Part shown: positions 9,017-19,190 of the stretch, piece by piece
Numbering within the stretch: the first letter of the stretch is position 1
Layout: each line of letters starts with the position of its first letter
DNA from: an uncultured Gemmatimonadales bacterium
Lineage (GTDB): Bacteria; Gemmatimonadota; Gemmatimonadetes; Longimicrobiales; Gaopeijiaceae
Reading direction: 5' to 3'
DNA: 64,000 bases
NCBI GenBank assembly: GCA_963848895.1
Contig: CAWKGE010000008.1
Location: 196,901-260,900 of the forward strand
Position numbers and translations under genes: made by a program
The notes under the pieces: model-generated
What the model was told of the DNA's origin: nothing
Database searches by the model: none
The model's input: the letters and a program-made list of their open reading frames with translations, nothing else

Positions 9017-11350
9017 TCAGCCGCCCAGCCGCTCCAGCGCCGCCCGCGCCTCGACGATCTCCGGCAGGTCGGGGTCGCCGCGCCGGGTCATCGTGACGAA
9101 GCTCCGGTAGTAGCGGCGCGCCTCGTCGGCCTCGCCGCGCTGGTCGTGGAGTCTCGCCAGGAGAAGGGTCGAGTGCATCCGCAGGTAGTCGCCCACCAGG
9201 TTCCCCTGCAGGTAGCGGACCGCTTCCGCGGTGTTCCCGGCGGCCAACTCGACCTCGCCGAGGGAGGTCCTCGCCAGGCTTCCCTGGTTCCCCGTCCCGC
9301 GGGTGAGGGGGCCGAGCAAACGGCGCGCCTCGTCCGAACGGCCCTCGGCCACCGCGATGGCCCCCTCGACGAGCGCGCCGGCCTCGTTGGCGAACGAGGT
9401 CTCGTCCGTGCCCTCGGCGTGGCGGCGGAGGATGCGCGCCGACTCACGCGCGCCCTGCACGTCGCCGCTGCGCGCAAGGCCCCACCCCACGAACATCTGG
9501 CACTGCAGGCTCACCGCCGGTGACTCGCACGTGGATGCGCGTGCGACGGCTGCGTGGGGAAGGTCCTTGGCCGTCTTCCACGTGCCCTGATACCACCCCA
9601 CCGCCAGCCCCTTGTTGCCCGCAGACACGTCCAGGGAGTCGAGGAGCCGATCGGCTCGGGACATCCGCCCTTCTGTACCCAGGAGGTAGAGGAGCCACTG
9701 GTGATCGGCGCCGGCCCGGTTCCGGTTCGCCCACGACAGATCCACCAGCCGGTCGTTCCGATCCGTCTTGTTGGCGAACTCGGTGCGGATGCGGCCGAGG
9801 ATTCCCATGTCCACACCCAGGGACGTCTGGATCGCCGCTGCCGCCTCGGCGGAGTCACCCATGAGGAGTGGGATGGCCACCTCGTACTCCGTATCGTGCC
9901 GCTCGTCCTGCGTCGCCTCCTCGTAGCGCGCGACGCGCCCCTCGGCGTCGGTCCTGTCGCCCCGGGCGACGGCGAACTCGATGGGGTGGACCTGGTAGGG
10001 CCCGAAGCCCGGGTCGAGGTCGATGGCGTGCTCGAACGCCTCCGCCGACTGCTCCTGCGTGGCCAGGCCGGTGGGCATGGCCACGTGGTAGATGAAATCG
10101 CCTAGCTGGTACCAGATGTCGGGATCGTCGGGGTACCGCTGCACGGCGTCGCGCAGCGTCGGGTAGTACGAGGCGTCTCCCTTTCTGGCCGCCTCCGTGG
10201 CCTCCACCATGATGCGCTCCCGGGCGGGCAGGCGGTCCAACATCGTGAGCGCCCGCTGCGCCGCAAGCGCGCCCGTCTCGCTCCCGATGTCCTCCAGCCA
10301 GCCATAGGCATCCGAGAGCCGGTACCAACCCAGCGCGAACATCGAGTCCAGCTCCACCGCCCGTTCGTACGAGGCTGCGGCGTGCGCGAAGTCGGCGTGG
10401 CGCATCGCCGCTTCGCCTTCCAGGTATGCCCGCAGCGCCGGAAGGGAGTTGGTGGTGAGCGCCTCCAGCCGCTCGGCCTGCACGACGCCCGTCCCCGACG
10501 CGCCGATCAGGCTCCTCGTCAGCGCCACGGAAAGCCGGCTGGCCAGGTCGAGCAAGTCCTCGGCCCCTCCTTCCTCCGAGGCCTGGGCCACCTTGTCACC
10601 CGAGGAGAGGTCGTAGATCTCGGCGCTCAGCCGGATGCCCGCCGGGTTGCCCACGACCGTGCCGACGAGCCCGTAGCGCGCGTCGGTGGCGGCGGCGGCC
10701 TCCAGCACCGTGCGGAGGTCCGGCGCCTCGTTCCCGGAGACCTTCTCCCGCCAGCGCGCCATCACCGTGCGCGAGTCGATCGTCCGGAACCCACCCAGAC
10801 CGTCGAGGTTGGTAGTCAGCAGGTCCACCATGCCCTCGCGCCAGAGGTCCAGGTTGTCGCCACCCGTGACGGTGAAGGGAACCACCGCGATGCCCTCGGC
10901 GGCCTCGCGGGCGCCCGCTTCCTGCGGCCCGAGGCCCGGCGCGCGCCCGCCGGTCACGAGCACGTACAGACCCGCGCCGCCGAACAGCAGGCAAAGCGCC
11001 AGCACGCCGCCCATGATCGCGCGTCCCCACGTCAGGTACGGCAGCCTGCCCGCCTTGAGGCTTGCCAGCGCTTCGGCCGGGGCGACCTGCCAGTCCGTCG
11101 GGCGCTCACCCGCCTCCTCGGCCGCCGTCGTGCTCGGTAGCGACTGCACCCACGCCGTGGCGAGGATGATGACCAGGCCGATTGCCAGAAGCAGGAGCGT
11201 GAACGCGCCCACCCACTGCGGCAGGCCCGCGGTCCCGGTGAGCACGTCGGCGAGCTGGAGCACGCCCCAGGAGGCGCCCAGGTAGACGAGGAGCACCTGG
11301 ACGATGCGCGCGCGCTTGAGGCGGTCGAAGAGCGGGGGTCGGTCGGTCAT
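9017..11350 (-). CDS. Membrane-anchored TPR-repeat protein with a TolB_N-like periplasmic motif (paralog 1 of a tandem pair).
   Basis: 777 aa. N-terminus PLFDRLKRARIVQVLLVYLGASWGVLQ precedes a TM segment, then a second TM, then IAVVPFTVTGGDNLDLWREGMVDLLTTNLDG (TolB_N-like), then TPR-like helical repeats. The ORF is intact. Confidence 0.75.
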   Translation of the reverse strand: MTDRPPLFDRLKRARIVQVLLVYLGASWGVLQLADVLTGTAGLPQWVGAFTLLLLAIGLVIILATAWVQSLPSTTAAEEAGERPTDWQVAPAEALASLKAGRLPYLTWGRAIMGGVLALCLLFGGAGLYVLVTGGRAPGLGPQEAGAREAAEGIAVVPFTVTGGDNLDLWREGMVDLLTTNLDGLGGFRTIDSRTVMARWREKVSGNEAPDLRTVLEAAAATDARYGLVGTVVGNPAGIRLSAEIYDLSSGDKVAQASEEGGAEDLLDLASRLSVALTRSLIGASGTGVVQAERLEALTTNSLPALRAYLEGEAAMRHADFAHAAASYERAVELDSMFALGWYRLSDAYGWLEDIGSETGALAAQRALTMLDRLPARERIMVEATEAARKGDASYYPTLRDAVQRYPDDPDIWYQLGDFIYHVAMPTGLATQEQSAEAFEHAIDLDPGFGPYQVHPIEFAVARGDRTDAEGRVARYEEATQDERHDTEYEVAIPLLMGDSAEAAAAIQTSLGVDMGILGRIRTEFANKTDRNDRLVDLSWANRNRAGADHQWLLYLLGTEGRMSRADRLLDSLDVSAGNKGLAVGWYQGTWKTAKDLPHAAVARASTCESPAVSLQCQMFVGWGLARSGDVQGARESARILRRHAEGTDETSFANEAGALVEGAIAVAEGRSDEARRLLGPLTRGTGNQGSLARTSLGEVELAAGNTAEAVRYLQGNLVGDYLRMHSTLLLARLHDQRGEADEARRYYRSFVTMTRRGDPDLPEIVEARAALERLGG

Positions 11351-11412
11351 CGGTCCCTGCTGGTCATCGGGTTACGGGCCATCCCGCGATCGGAAGCGTA
11401 ACGGTGCGCATC

Positions 11413-13773
11413 TCATCCGCCCAGGCGGGCTACACCGTCACGCGCCTCACGGGCCCACGAGAGGTCCGGGTCCGCGTCGACGAAGATGTCGGCGGCCCTC
11501 TGGTACGCGGCCTTCGCACCCGCAGTATCGCCGAGCCGCTCCTTCAGGCGGCCCAGGCGGACCTGCGCGTAGGGAGCGAAAGGCCCGCTGGTCATCACCT
11601 CCAGGACGGTCGCCGCTCCTCGAGGGTTGTCGGGAGAGAGAGCCTCGGCCAGCCGGAGGCGCGTGAGGTATGCCAGCTCCCCGGGAAGGCGGTTCGCCGC
11701 CTCGGTGAGCTTGTCGCCGGCCGTCGCGGTGTTCTCGTCCTGCACCAGCGCCCAGATCCCCTCCAACGCCTGGGCCAACGCCTCGTGCTCCTTCCCGTGG
11801 GCCACCTGACCTTCGTCCTGGTAGCGGGTGCCCAACCCGTGGTTCCGGTCCACCCACTTCCTCCACGTCGGGCGATCGCCCTTCATCGCGGCCAGGGAGC
11901 CCGCAGCGTACATGCACGCCTCCCCGGCATCCTCCCGGTCCGGGCAGACGTCGAGGTCCTGTGCGGCCCCGCGCAGCGACTCGGGCACCTCGATGTCGAG
12001 CTGGGTGAGGGCGGCCACCGTCCTCAAACGCGGCACGGCCGCGAACGACGGATCGGCCACGGTCGCCGCGGCGTCCCGTATGCGCCCCTGGTGAAGCTGG
12101 AGCCCGGACGACCACCAGAGAAAGCTACCGTCGCCGGTGGCGGCGTAGGCTGCCTCGAGCGTCCTCAGGACCATCTGGGGATCCAGCCCGTCGGTCCAGG
12201 GGAGCTCCGATCCCATCCGGCCGATGACCTCGTCGGAGACCGTATCCAGGGCGGCCAGCGTCCGCTGGCGCAGATCCTCGTCGTCTCCGAGGAGAGCCAC
12301 GGCCAGCGACAGGTGCGGCTGGGCGTCCGGTCCGGCCAGCCCGCGGTACGTCTGCAGCGCCGAAGCCGCTTCGGGGGCCCGGCCGGCGCCGAGGAGGGAC
12401 TCGATGTAGTGGATGTAGTACGGCGCGAACGTGGGGTCGAGGGATACGGCCTTGCCGAACGCCTCCAGGGCGTCGGCGTCCGTGGCGACGCCGGCGTCCA
12501 CGCCCACGTGACGATGGAACTCGCCCAGCTCGAACCACACCTCCGGGTCGTCGGGGTACTTGGACGCCGCCTGGCGGAGGTCCGTGAGCGCGGACAGGTC
12601 GCGCTCCCTCATGCCCCGCTCCGTCGCCAGCATGAGGGAGCGCTCCCGCATGGGAAGCCGGTCGGCCAGCGCTTCCACGTGGGCCCCTGCCCGGGCCGCC
12701 ACGTCACTGTTGAGGTTCTCCATCCACCCGTAGGCGCTGGACAGGCGGTACCAGGCCAGGGCGAACGTGGAGTCGGCCTCCACCGCGCGCTCGAAGGCCG
12801 CCGAAGCCGTGGCGAAGTCGGCCTTCCGGTACGCCGCTTCGCCGTCCAGGTAATGCCGCAGCGCCTCCAGCGACTCGGTGGTGATGCCGGCCGTGCGCGG
12901 CGCTTGCATGACCTGCTGGCCGGTGGAAGCGAGCAGCTCCCGGGTCAGGTCGACGGTGAGCCGGCCCACCAGCGCCAGGACGCTGTCGGCCGGGCCCTCC
13001 ACGTAGGCTTGCGTGACCTTGTCCCCCGACGAGAGGTCGTAGACGTCGGCGGCGACGCGCACCCCCCCGGGGTTGCCCACCAGGTTCCCGACGAGCCCGA
13101 AGCGCGCGCCCGTGGCCCCCGCCACCTCCAGGGAGGTGCGCAGATCCGGAGCGCCGCCCCCGTCGACCTTCTCCCGCCAGCGCGCCATGACGGTGCGCGC
13201 GTCGATCGTACGATATCCCCCCATGCCGTCGAGGTTGGTGGACAGCACGTCCACCATGCCCTCGCGCCACAGGTCGAGGTCTGTGCCTCCGGTGACGCTG
13301 AAGGGGAGCACCGCGATGCCCTCGGCGGCCTCGCGCGCCCCCACCTCCTGCGGTCCGAAGCCCGGCGCCCGCCCTCCGGTGACGAGCACGTAGAGCCCGG
13401 CGCCCCCGAAGAGGAGGCACAGCGCCGCAATGCCCCCCAGGATCGCCCGTCCCCACGTCAGGTGGGGAAGCTTCCCGGCCTTGAGGGACGCGAGCGCTTC
13501 GGCGGGTGCGACCTGCCAGTCCGTGGGGCGCTCGCCCGCTTCCTCTGCGGCGGTGGTGCCCGGCAGCGACTGCACCCAGGCGGTGGCGAGGATGATCACC
13601 AGGCCCACCAGGAGGAGGAGGATCGCCACGGGCATGACCCACTCGGGAAGCGAGAGGGACTCGGAGAGCACCTGGGCGATCTGGAGCACAGCCCACGACG
13701 CGCCCAGGTAGACCAGCAACACCTGGACGATGCGGGCACGACGGATACGGTCGAACAGCGAGGGGGCAGGCAT
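11413..13773 (-). CDS. Membrane-anchored TPR-repeat protein with a TolB_N-like motif (paralog 2).
   Basis: 786 aa from the ATG at 13773 (MPAPSLFDRIRRARIVQVLLVYLGASWAVLQ). The first ~300 aa are more than 80% identical to paralog 1 at both protein and nucleotide level. The C-terminal TPR region has diverged. Confidence 0.75.
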   Translation of the reverse strand: MPAPSLFDRIRRARIVQVLLVYLGASWAVLQIAQVLSESLSLPEWVMPVAILLLLVGLVIILATAWVQSLPGTTAAEEAGERPTDWQVAPAEALASLKAGKLPHLTWGRAILGGIAALCLLFGGAGLYVLVTGGRAPGFGPQEVGAREAAEGIAVLPFSVTGGTDLDLWREGMVDVLSTNLDGMGGYRTIDARTVMARWREKVDGGGAPDLRTSLEVAGATGARFGLVGNLVGNPGGVRVAADVYDLSSGDKVTQAYVEGPADSVLALVGRLTVDLTRELLASTGQQVMQAPRTAGITTESLEALRHYLDGEAAYRKADFATASAAFERAVEADSTFALAWYRLSSAYGWMENLNSDVAARAGAHVEALADRLPMRERSLMLATERGMRERDLSALTDLRQAASKYPDDPEVWFELGEFHRHVGVDAGVATDADALEAFGKAVSLDPTFAPYYIHYIESLLGAGRAPEAASALQTYRGLAGPDAQPHLSLAVALLGDDEDLRQRTLAALDTVSDEVIGRMGSELPWTDGLDPQMVLRTLEAAYAATGDGSFLWWSSGLQLHQGRIRDAAATVADPSFAAVPRLRTVAALTQLDIEVPESLRGAAQDLDVCPDREDAGEACMYAAGSLAAMKGDRPTWRKWVDRNHGLGTRYQDEGQVAHGKEHEALAQALEGIWALVQDENTATAGDKLTEAANRLPGELAYLTRLRLAEALSPDNPRGAATVLEVMTSGPFAPYAQVRLGRLKERLGDTAGAKAAYQRAADIFVDADPDLSWAREARDGVARLGG

Positions 13774-13931
13774 GGCGGGGAAGTATAGATGAGGGGATCG
13801 TTGCAGCGAAAGATTCCTGATATCGGAAGGCGGCCACCCCGACACCGCGGCGATGGTCTCCCGGCCGCTCGCGCACGGCCCCCGGACGCCGCATGTTTCC
13901 CGCCCCGAAACCGAGTCAGGAGATTGTCGCC

Positions 13932-15584
13932 ATGCGCCGCCTGGACCTCCGGATCGTAGCCTTTTCCCTCGCGCTCCCCCTCGCAGCCTGCTCGGACACC
14001 GGCGCCCCCGGGAGCGACGCCATCACCGAGGCCCGCCTGTCGGCCGACCTCCACGCCCTGTCCGCCGACTCCATGCAGGGTCGCCTGGTGGGCACCCCCG
14101 AGCACGCCGAGGCGGCCGATTGGGTGCGGGCGCGCTTCGATTCGCTGGGGCTGGAGCCGGCCGGCGACGCCGGGACCTACGACCAGCGCTTCGACATGGT
14201 GTGGGTCAGCCTGGGCGACGGAAACACGCTGACGGTCTCGGGCGCGGGCGGCGCCCGTGCGCCCGGGAAGGGCTGGACGCCGGCGAGCTTCGCGGCGAAC
14301 GCCTCCGCGTCGGGCCGCGTCGTGTGGGCGGGCTATGGGATCGTGGAGCCCCGGCTCGGGTGGGACGACTACCAGGGGCAGGACGTGCGCGGCCGGATCG
14401 TGCTCGCGCTGGACGGGGAGCCCGGAGCCGACGACCCGGCGAGCCCCTTCGACGGCCTGGTGACGGCCGAGGCGAGCCGTCCGTGGCGCAAGGCCCTCGC
14501 CGCGCAGGAGCGGGGCGCAGCCGGCATCCTGTTCGTGCGCTACGCACCGGGCCGCGCGGAATCCGAGGACTGGGCCCGGATGAACGCCGCCGCGTGGCCG
14601 GGCGAGCCCAGGCGCATCGAGCGGTTCACCCTCGGCGATTGGGCGGAGGACGTCACGATCCCCGGGGCCGAGATCTCCACCGAGCTCGCGGAGGCGCTGG
14701 TGGCGGGTAGCGGCCGCATGCTGGCTTCCCTGGCGGAGGCGTCGGAGGCCGCGGAGCACGGGCTCGGCGTCGTCACGTTGCAGGGTGCCCGCGCCAGCCT
14801 CACCACCGCGGTCGAGCGGCACGTCACCGAGGGCCGCAACATCCTGTCGATGATCGAGGGCTCCGATCCGGAGCTGAGCAACGAGGTGATCATCATCGGA
14901 GGCCACTACGACCACAACGGCGCCGACAGCACGGGCGTGTACAACGGCGCCGACGACAACGCCTCCGGCACCGTGGGCGTGATGGCGATCGCCGCGGCCT
15001 ACGCGGACGCCGCCAGGCGCGGGGAGCACCCCCGCCGCTCGGTGATGTTCGCGGTCTGGGATGCGGAGGAGCGCGGCCCCCTGCTGGGGGCCTGGTACTA
15101 CACGCTCCGGCCGCTCTTCCCCATGCCGCGCACGGCCGCGGTGCTCAACCTCGACATGATCGGGCGGAACGAGGAGGTGCCGGCGGACGGCGGCGGACGG
15201 TTCCGCGGTCTCGAGCCCCAGCCGGCGGACTCGAACGCCAACGCGGTGAACATCCTCGGCTACAGCCGCACGCCGGAGCTCGCTGCCGCGGTGCAGGCCG
15301 CCGACGAGGCGTACGGCCTGACCTTGCGCATGCGCTACGACAACAACGAGTCGAACCTGCTGCGCCGGAGCGACCACTGGCCGTTCCTGCAGAACGGCGT
15401 GCCGGCGATGTGGTTCTTCACGGGGCTGCACCCGGACTACCACACGCCGCGGGACGACGCCGACCGGATCAACTACGACAAGATGACGCGCATCGTGCGC
15501 CTGGTTCACCAGACGAGCTGGGACCTGGCGAACGCGGACGGGCGTCCCGTCGTGGAGGGGATGAAGAGCCGGCCCCGCTCGTGA
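13932..15584 (+). CDS. M28 family zinc aminopeptidase lipoprotein.
   Basis: Signal/lipobox MRRLDLRIVAFSLALPLAACS with an AGGAG RBS. Metal-binding motifs present (GGHYDH, DDNASG, WDAEE). 550 aa. Confidence 0.8.
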   Translation: MRRLDLRIVAFSLALPLAACSDTGAPGSDAITEARLSADLHALSADSMQGRLVGTPEHAEAADWVRARFDSLGLEPAGDAGTYDQRFDMVWVSLGDGNTLTVSGAGGARAPGKGWTPASFAANASASGRVVWAGYGIVEPRLGWDDYQGQDVRGRIVLALDGEPGADDPASPFDGLVTAEASRPWRKALAAQERGAAGILFVRYAPGRAESEDWARMNAAAWPGEPRRIERFTLGDWAEDVTIPGAEISTELAEALVAGSGRMLASLAEASEAAEHGLGVVTLQGARASLTTAVERHVTEGRNILSMIEGSDPELSNEVIIIGGHYDHNGADSTGVYNGADDNASGTVGVMAIAAAYADAARRGEHPRRSVMFAVWDAEERGPLLGAWYYTLRPLFPMPRTAAVLNLDMIGRNEEVPADGGGRFRGLEPQPADSNANAVNILGYSRTPELAAAVQAADEAYGLTLRMRYDNNESNLLRRSDHWPFLQNGVPAMWFFTGLHPDYHTPRDDADRINYDKMTRIVRLVHQTSWDLANADGRPVVEGMKSRPRS

Positions 15585-15734
15585 GTGCCTCGGTACGTCC
15601 GGCGGTGACACGTTGTTCGCCAGCATGTGCTACTTCCCCTGTACGCGGTCTTGGGTATCTGGTCACGATCCGGGCCGAGCGCCCGGAGGCGGGCCCTTGA
15701 CCCTTTCCGGTCCCGCGGCCAGCTTCTTCGGACC

Positions 15735-15815
15735 ATGAGCCATACGATCCGCGTCCGGCACCACCATCATCACCACGCGACCCACACGGGTGGCGGGAGG
15801 GCGGTGCGCGCCTAG
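15735..15815 (+). CDS. hisL: his operon leader peptide (26 aa: MSHTIRVRHHHHHHATHTGGGRAVRA).
   Basis: A short ORF about 110 nt upstream of hisG contains six consecutive His codons (15759-15776) plus two further His codons. It is followed by a GC hairpin and a T-run. Confidence 0.7.
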   Translation: MSHTIRVRHHHHHHATHTGGGRAVRA

Positions 15816-15840
15816 GACGCGAGTCCAGCGAAGCATCCCA

Positions 15841-15875
15841 CCGCGGCCCGAGAGATCGGGCCGCGGTCTTTTTTT
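15841..15875 (+). terminator. Intrinsic terminator (attenuator) between the his leader and hisG.
   Basis: Perfect 10-bp stem ccgcggcccg / cgggccgcgg with a 6-nt loop, followed by tcttttttt. Confidence 0.75.
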
Positions 15876-15922
15876 GTCCCGGGCGAGAGCTCCGGGAGGC
15901 ACGAACGGCGGGAGACGGGAGC

Positions 15923-16807
15923 ATGACCGATTCGACGAAAGGCCGCATCCGGGTGGCGCTGCCCAACAAGGGGCGCCTGTCCGAGAAGGCGGTGGCGCTT
16001 CTCGAGCAGGCGGGGCTGCGGCCGACGCTGCGGGGCGACCGGGCGCTGGTAGCGGACCTGGGACAGGACTTCCAGGCCTTGTTCGTGCGCGCCGCCGACA
16101 TCCCCGAGTACGTCGCCGACGGCGCCGCGGAGGTCGGTATCACCGGCGCGGATCTGGTGGCGGAAAGCGGCCGCGACGTGGCCGAGGTGCTCGACCTGGG
16201 CTTCGGCTTCTGCCGCCTGTGTGTCGCCGTCCGCGACGACTCGCCGGCCGCGTCGCTGACCGACCTCCCGGCGGGGACCCGGGTCGCCACGTCCTTTCCC
16301 CGCATCGCGCGGCGCTACTTCGAGGCGCTCGGGATTCCGATCGAGATCGCGCCGGTGACCGGCGCCACCGAGATCGCCCCCCACCTGGGCGTGGCCGAGG
16401 TGATCGTGGATCTCGTGTCGACGGGCTCGACGCTGCGCATGAACCAGCTCAGGGAGATCGACACGATCATGACGTCCACGGCGCGCCTGGTGGCGAACCC
16501 GGGCGCCCTCGAGGACCCGCGCGTGGCGCCCGCCGTCCGCGAGCTGGGCACGGCGCTCGAGTCCGTGCTACGGGCCGAGGCCAAGCGGTATCTGATGGCC
16601 AACGTGCCCCGCGGAAGGCTCTCCGAGGTACGCGAGGTCATCCCCGGCATCAACGGCCCCACGATCGTCGAGGTGCTGGACGGCGACGGGTGGGTGGCCG
16701 CACACGCGGTGGTGGACGCGGACCAGGTCTATCAGACGATCGCGCGCCTCAAGGCGCTGGGCGCCGAAGGAATCCTGGTCACCCGCATCGAGAGGCTCAT
16801 GCCATGA
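15923..16807 (+). CDS. hisG: ATP phosphoribosyltransferase, long form.
   Basis: 294 aa, intact, with a GGGAG RBS. The stop overlaps the hisD start (ATGA). Confidence 0.9.
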   Translation: MTDSTKGRIRVALPNKGRLSEKAVALLEQAGLRPTLRGDRALVADLGQDFQALFVRAADIPEYVADGAAEVGITGADLVAESGRDVAEVLDLGFGFCRLCVAVRDDSPAASLTDLPAGTRVATSFPRIARRYFEALGIPIEIAPVTGATEIAPHLGVAEVIVDLVSTGSTLRMNQLREIDTIMTSTARLVANPGALEDPRVAPAVRELGTALESVLRAEAKRYLMANVPRGRLSEVREVIPGINGPTIVEVLDGDGWVAAHAVVDADQVYQTIARLKALGAEGILVTRIERLMP

Positions 16808-18127
16808 GCGGCTCCGATCCGCTGCGCCTCTTCGCCGAGGGCCGCCTGGCCGACCTCGCACCCGACCTACGCCGGCACCTCCTCCTGCGTGCCCCTGTGG
16901 GCGAGCCGGACCTCACCGCCGCCGTCGCCGCCCTTCTCGCGGAGGTGCGGGCGCGCGGCGACGAGGCGCTGCTCGAGATGGCCGAGCGCTTCGACGGCGT
17001 CCGCCTCACCTCACTGGAGGTGCCGCGACCACGCTGGGACGAGGCCGCGGCCGCGCTGAACCCCGCGGTGCGGGCGGCGCTCGAGCGCGCCGCCGTGAAC
17101 ATCCGCCGCTTCCACGAGGCCCAGCTCCCCTCCGACGTGACGCTGGACGTGGAGCCGGGGGTACGAGTGACGCGGCGGTGGGCCCCCCTGGACACCGTGG
17201 GCGTCTACGCCCCGGGGGGCCGCGCCGCGTATCCCTCTTCGGTGCTCATGGGCGTCGTGCCCGCACGGGCCGCCGGCGTCCGCGAGGTGATCGTGTGCTC
17301 GCCCCCGACCCCCTCCGGCGAACCGTCGGCCGAGGTGCTCGCCGCGTGCGCCATCGGCGGAGCCGACCGGCTCTTCGCCGTGGGCGGCGCAGGCGCCGTG
17401 GCCGCGATGGCCTGGGGGACGCGCCACCATCCCCGCCGCGGACGCGGTGGTGGGTCCCGGCAACCGCTGGGTCACTGAGGCCAAGCGGCAGGTGGCGGGC
17501 CGCGTGGTCATCGACGCCCCGGCCGGTCCGTCCGAGGTGCTCGTCCTCGCCGACGCCACCGCCGACGCCGACCTGGTCGCGTGCGAGCTGCTGGCGCAGG
17601 CGGAGCACGACCCGGACGCTGCGTGCGTGCTCGTGACGACCGCGCCCGCGCTCGCCAGCGGCGTCCGCGAGGCGTTGGTCGCGCGCCTCGAGGCGGCGCC
17701 ACGCCGTGAGGTGGCGGCTGCCGCGCTGGCGGCCTCCGGCGCCCTGCTCGTGGCAGACTCGCAGGACGAGGCCATCGCCTTCGCGGAGGCCTACGCGCCG
17801 GAGCACCTCTCGCTGATGATCTCCGGCGGCGAGGCGCTGGCCTCGCGCATCGCCACGGCGGGCACCACGTTCGTGGGCCCGTGGGCCTCCGTGGCCTTCG
17901 GCGACTACATGACCGGCGCCAACCACGTGCTGCCCACGGCGGGCCGGGCGCGCAGCTTCTCCGGGCTGTCCACGCAGCACTACCTGAGGTCGTACACGGT
18001 GCAGGAGATCACCGAGCAGGGCGCGGCCGCCCTGGCGGACGACGTCGCCCTGCTCGCCGAGGCGGAGGGGTTGCCCGCCCACGCGGCGGCCGCCCGAGCG
18101 CGACAGGCGCCCAGGAGAAGCCCATGA
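16804..18127 (+). CDS. hisD: Histidinol dehydrogenase. There is one apparent frameshift at about 17425 (extra base in acgcgcc).
   Basis: N-terminal 205 aa are in frame 1 (…FAVGGAGAVAAMAWGT). The continuation …TIPAADAVVGPGNRWVTEAKRQV… is in frame 2 and runs to the stop at 18127. A 4-nt overlap with hisC follows. Confidence 0.8.
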
Positions 18128-19190
18128 GCCCGTTCCCCCGCGAGGACTACCGGGAGCTGAAGCGCTACCACTTCGACCGCACGCCGGTGGCGCTCGACCT
18201 GAGCGACAACACCAACCAGTGGGGCACGCACCCCGCCGCCCTGGAGGTGCTGCGCCGCGCGGACCACGACGCGCTGGCCCGCTACCCCGACCTCTACGCC
18301 GACAACCTGCGCGCAGCGGCCGCCACGCGGGCGGGCGTCGCCGAGGACTGCATCGCCACCGGGTGCGGCTCGGACGACGTGCTCGACTGCACGTACCGCG
18401 CATCGGGGGGCGGCCCGGGGATTTCGTGTCGATCGCCGCGCCGACCTTCTCGATGGCCACGCCGCTGGCACGCATGAACGGGATGCGTGCTCGCCTCACG
18501 CCGTGGGCGGACGCCCTCGACGACCCGGAACGTTTGCTCGCGGGCGGTCCCGCCCTGGTCTACGTGTGCCGACCGAACAACCCCACCGGACACGTCACGC
18601 CCCGGGCCTGGATCGACGCGCTGCTCGACGGGGTCGGGCGAGGACGGCCCGCTGCTCCTCCTCGACGAGGCCTACATCGACTTCGGCGGGGAGCCGCTCG
18701 GCGACGCGCGCGGCCGAGCACCCGCGGCTGCTCGTGTCGCGGACGCTCTCGAAGGCGTTCGGCCTCGCGGGGATGCGCATCGGTTACGCGGTGGCAGCGC
18801 CGTCCACGGTGTCCGAGGTCGAGAAGGCCCGGGGACCCTACAAGGTCGGTCGCCTGGCCGGGGCGGCGGGGGCAGCCGCGCTCGCCGACGAGGAGGGGTG
18901 GGTGACGCGCACGGTGGCCGAATGCGTCGCGAACCGCACCCGGGCGGAGGAGATGCTCGCGGCGCGCGGACTCGGGCCGCTCCCGTCGTCCGCCAACTTC
19001 ATCCTCTTCCGGGCTCCTTCGGGGGACGCGATACGGGACGCTCTCGCGGTCCGCGCGAAGGGCGTGGCCGTGCGGCCGTTTCCGGGCGACATGCCCGACG
19101 GCGCTGACGCGCTCCGCCTGACGGTCGCGCCGTGGCCGCTCATGGCGCGGTTCTTCGAGGCACTGGACGCGTACCTGGCGGAGCCGATGA
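18124..19190 (+). pseudogene. hisC: Histidinol-phosphate aminotransferase gene with at least three apparent frameshifts (near 18405, 18650 and 18715). No in-frame stop separates it from hisH.
   Basis: Conserved HisC segments are spread over three frames: MSPFPREDYRELKRYHF...GCGSDDVLD; GDFVSIAAPTFSMATPLARMNG...NNPTGHV; EDGPLLLLDEAYIDF; RTLSKAFGLAGMRIGYAVA...TVAPWPL. The last frame runs directly into the hisH ATG at 19187. Deleting one C in gagccgatga would give the usual ATGA overlap. Confidence 0.7.

Noticed and set aside
15790-17478. A 562-aa ORF starting upstream of hisG.
   Set aside because: Only its C-terminal part (from the ATG at 16804) is real hisD. The N-terminal 330 codons are an alternative frame over the leader/hisG with Arg/Gly-rich nonsense.
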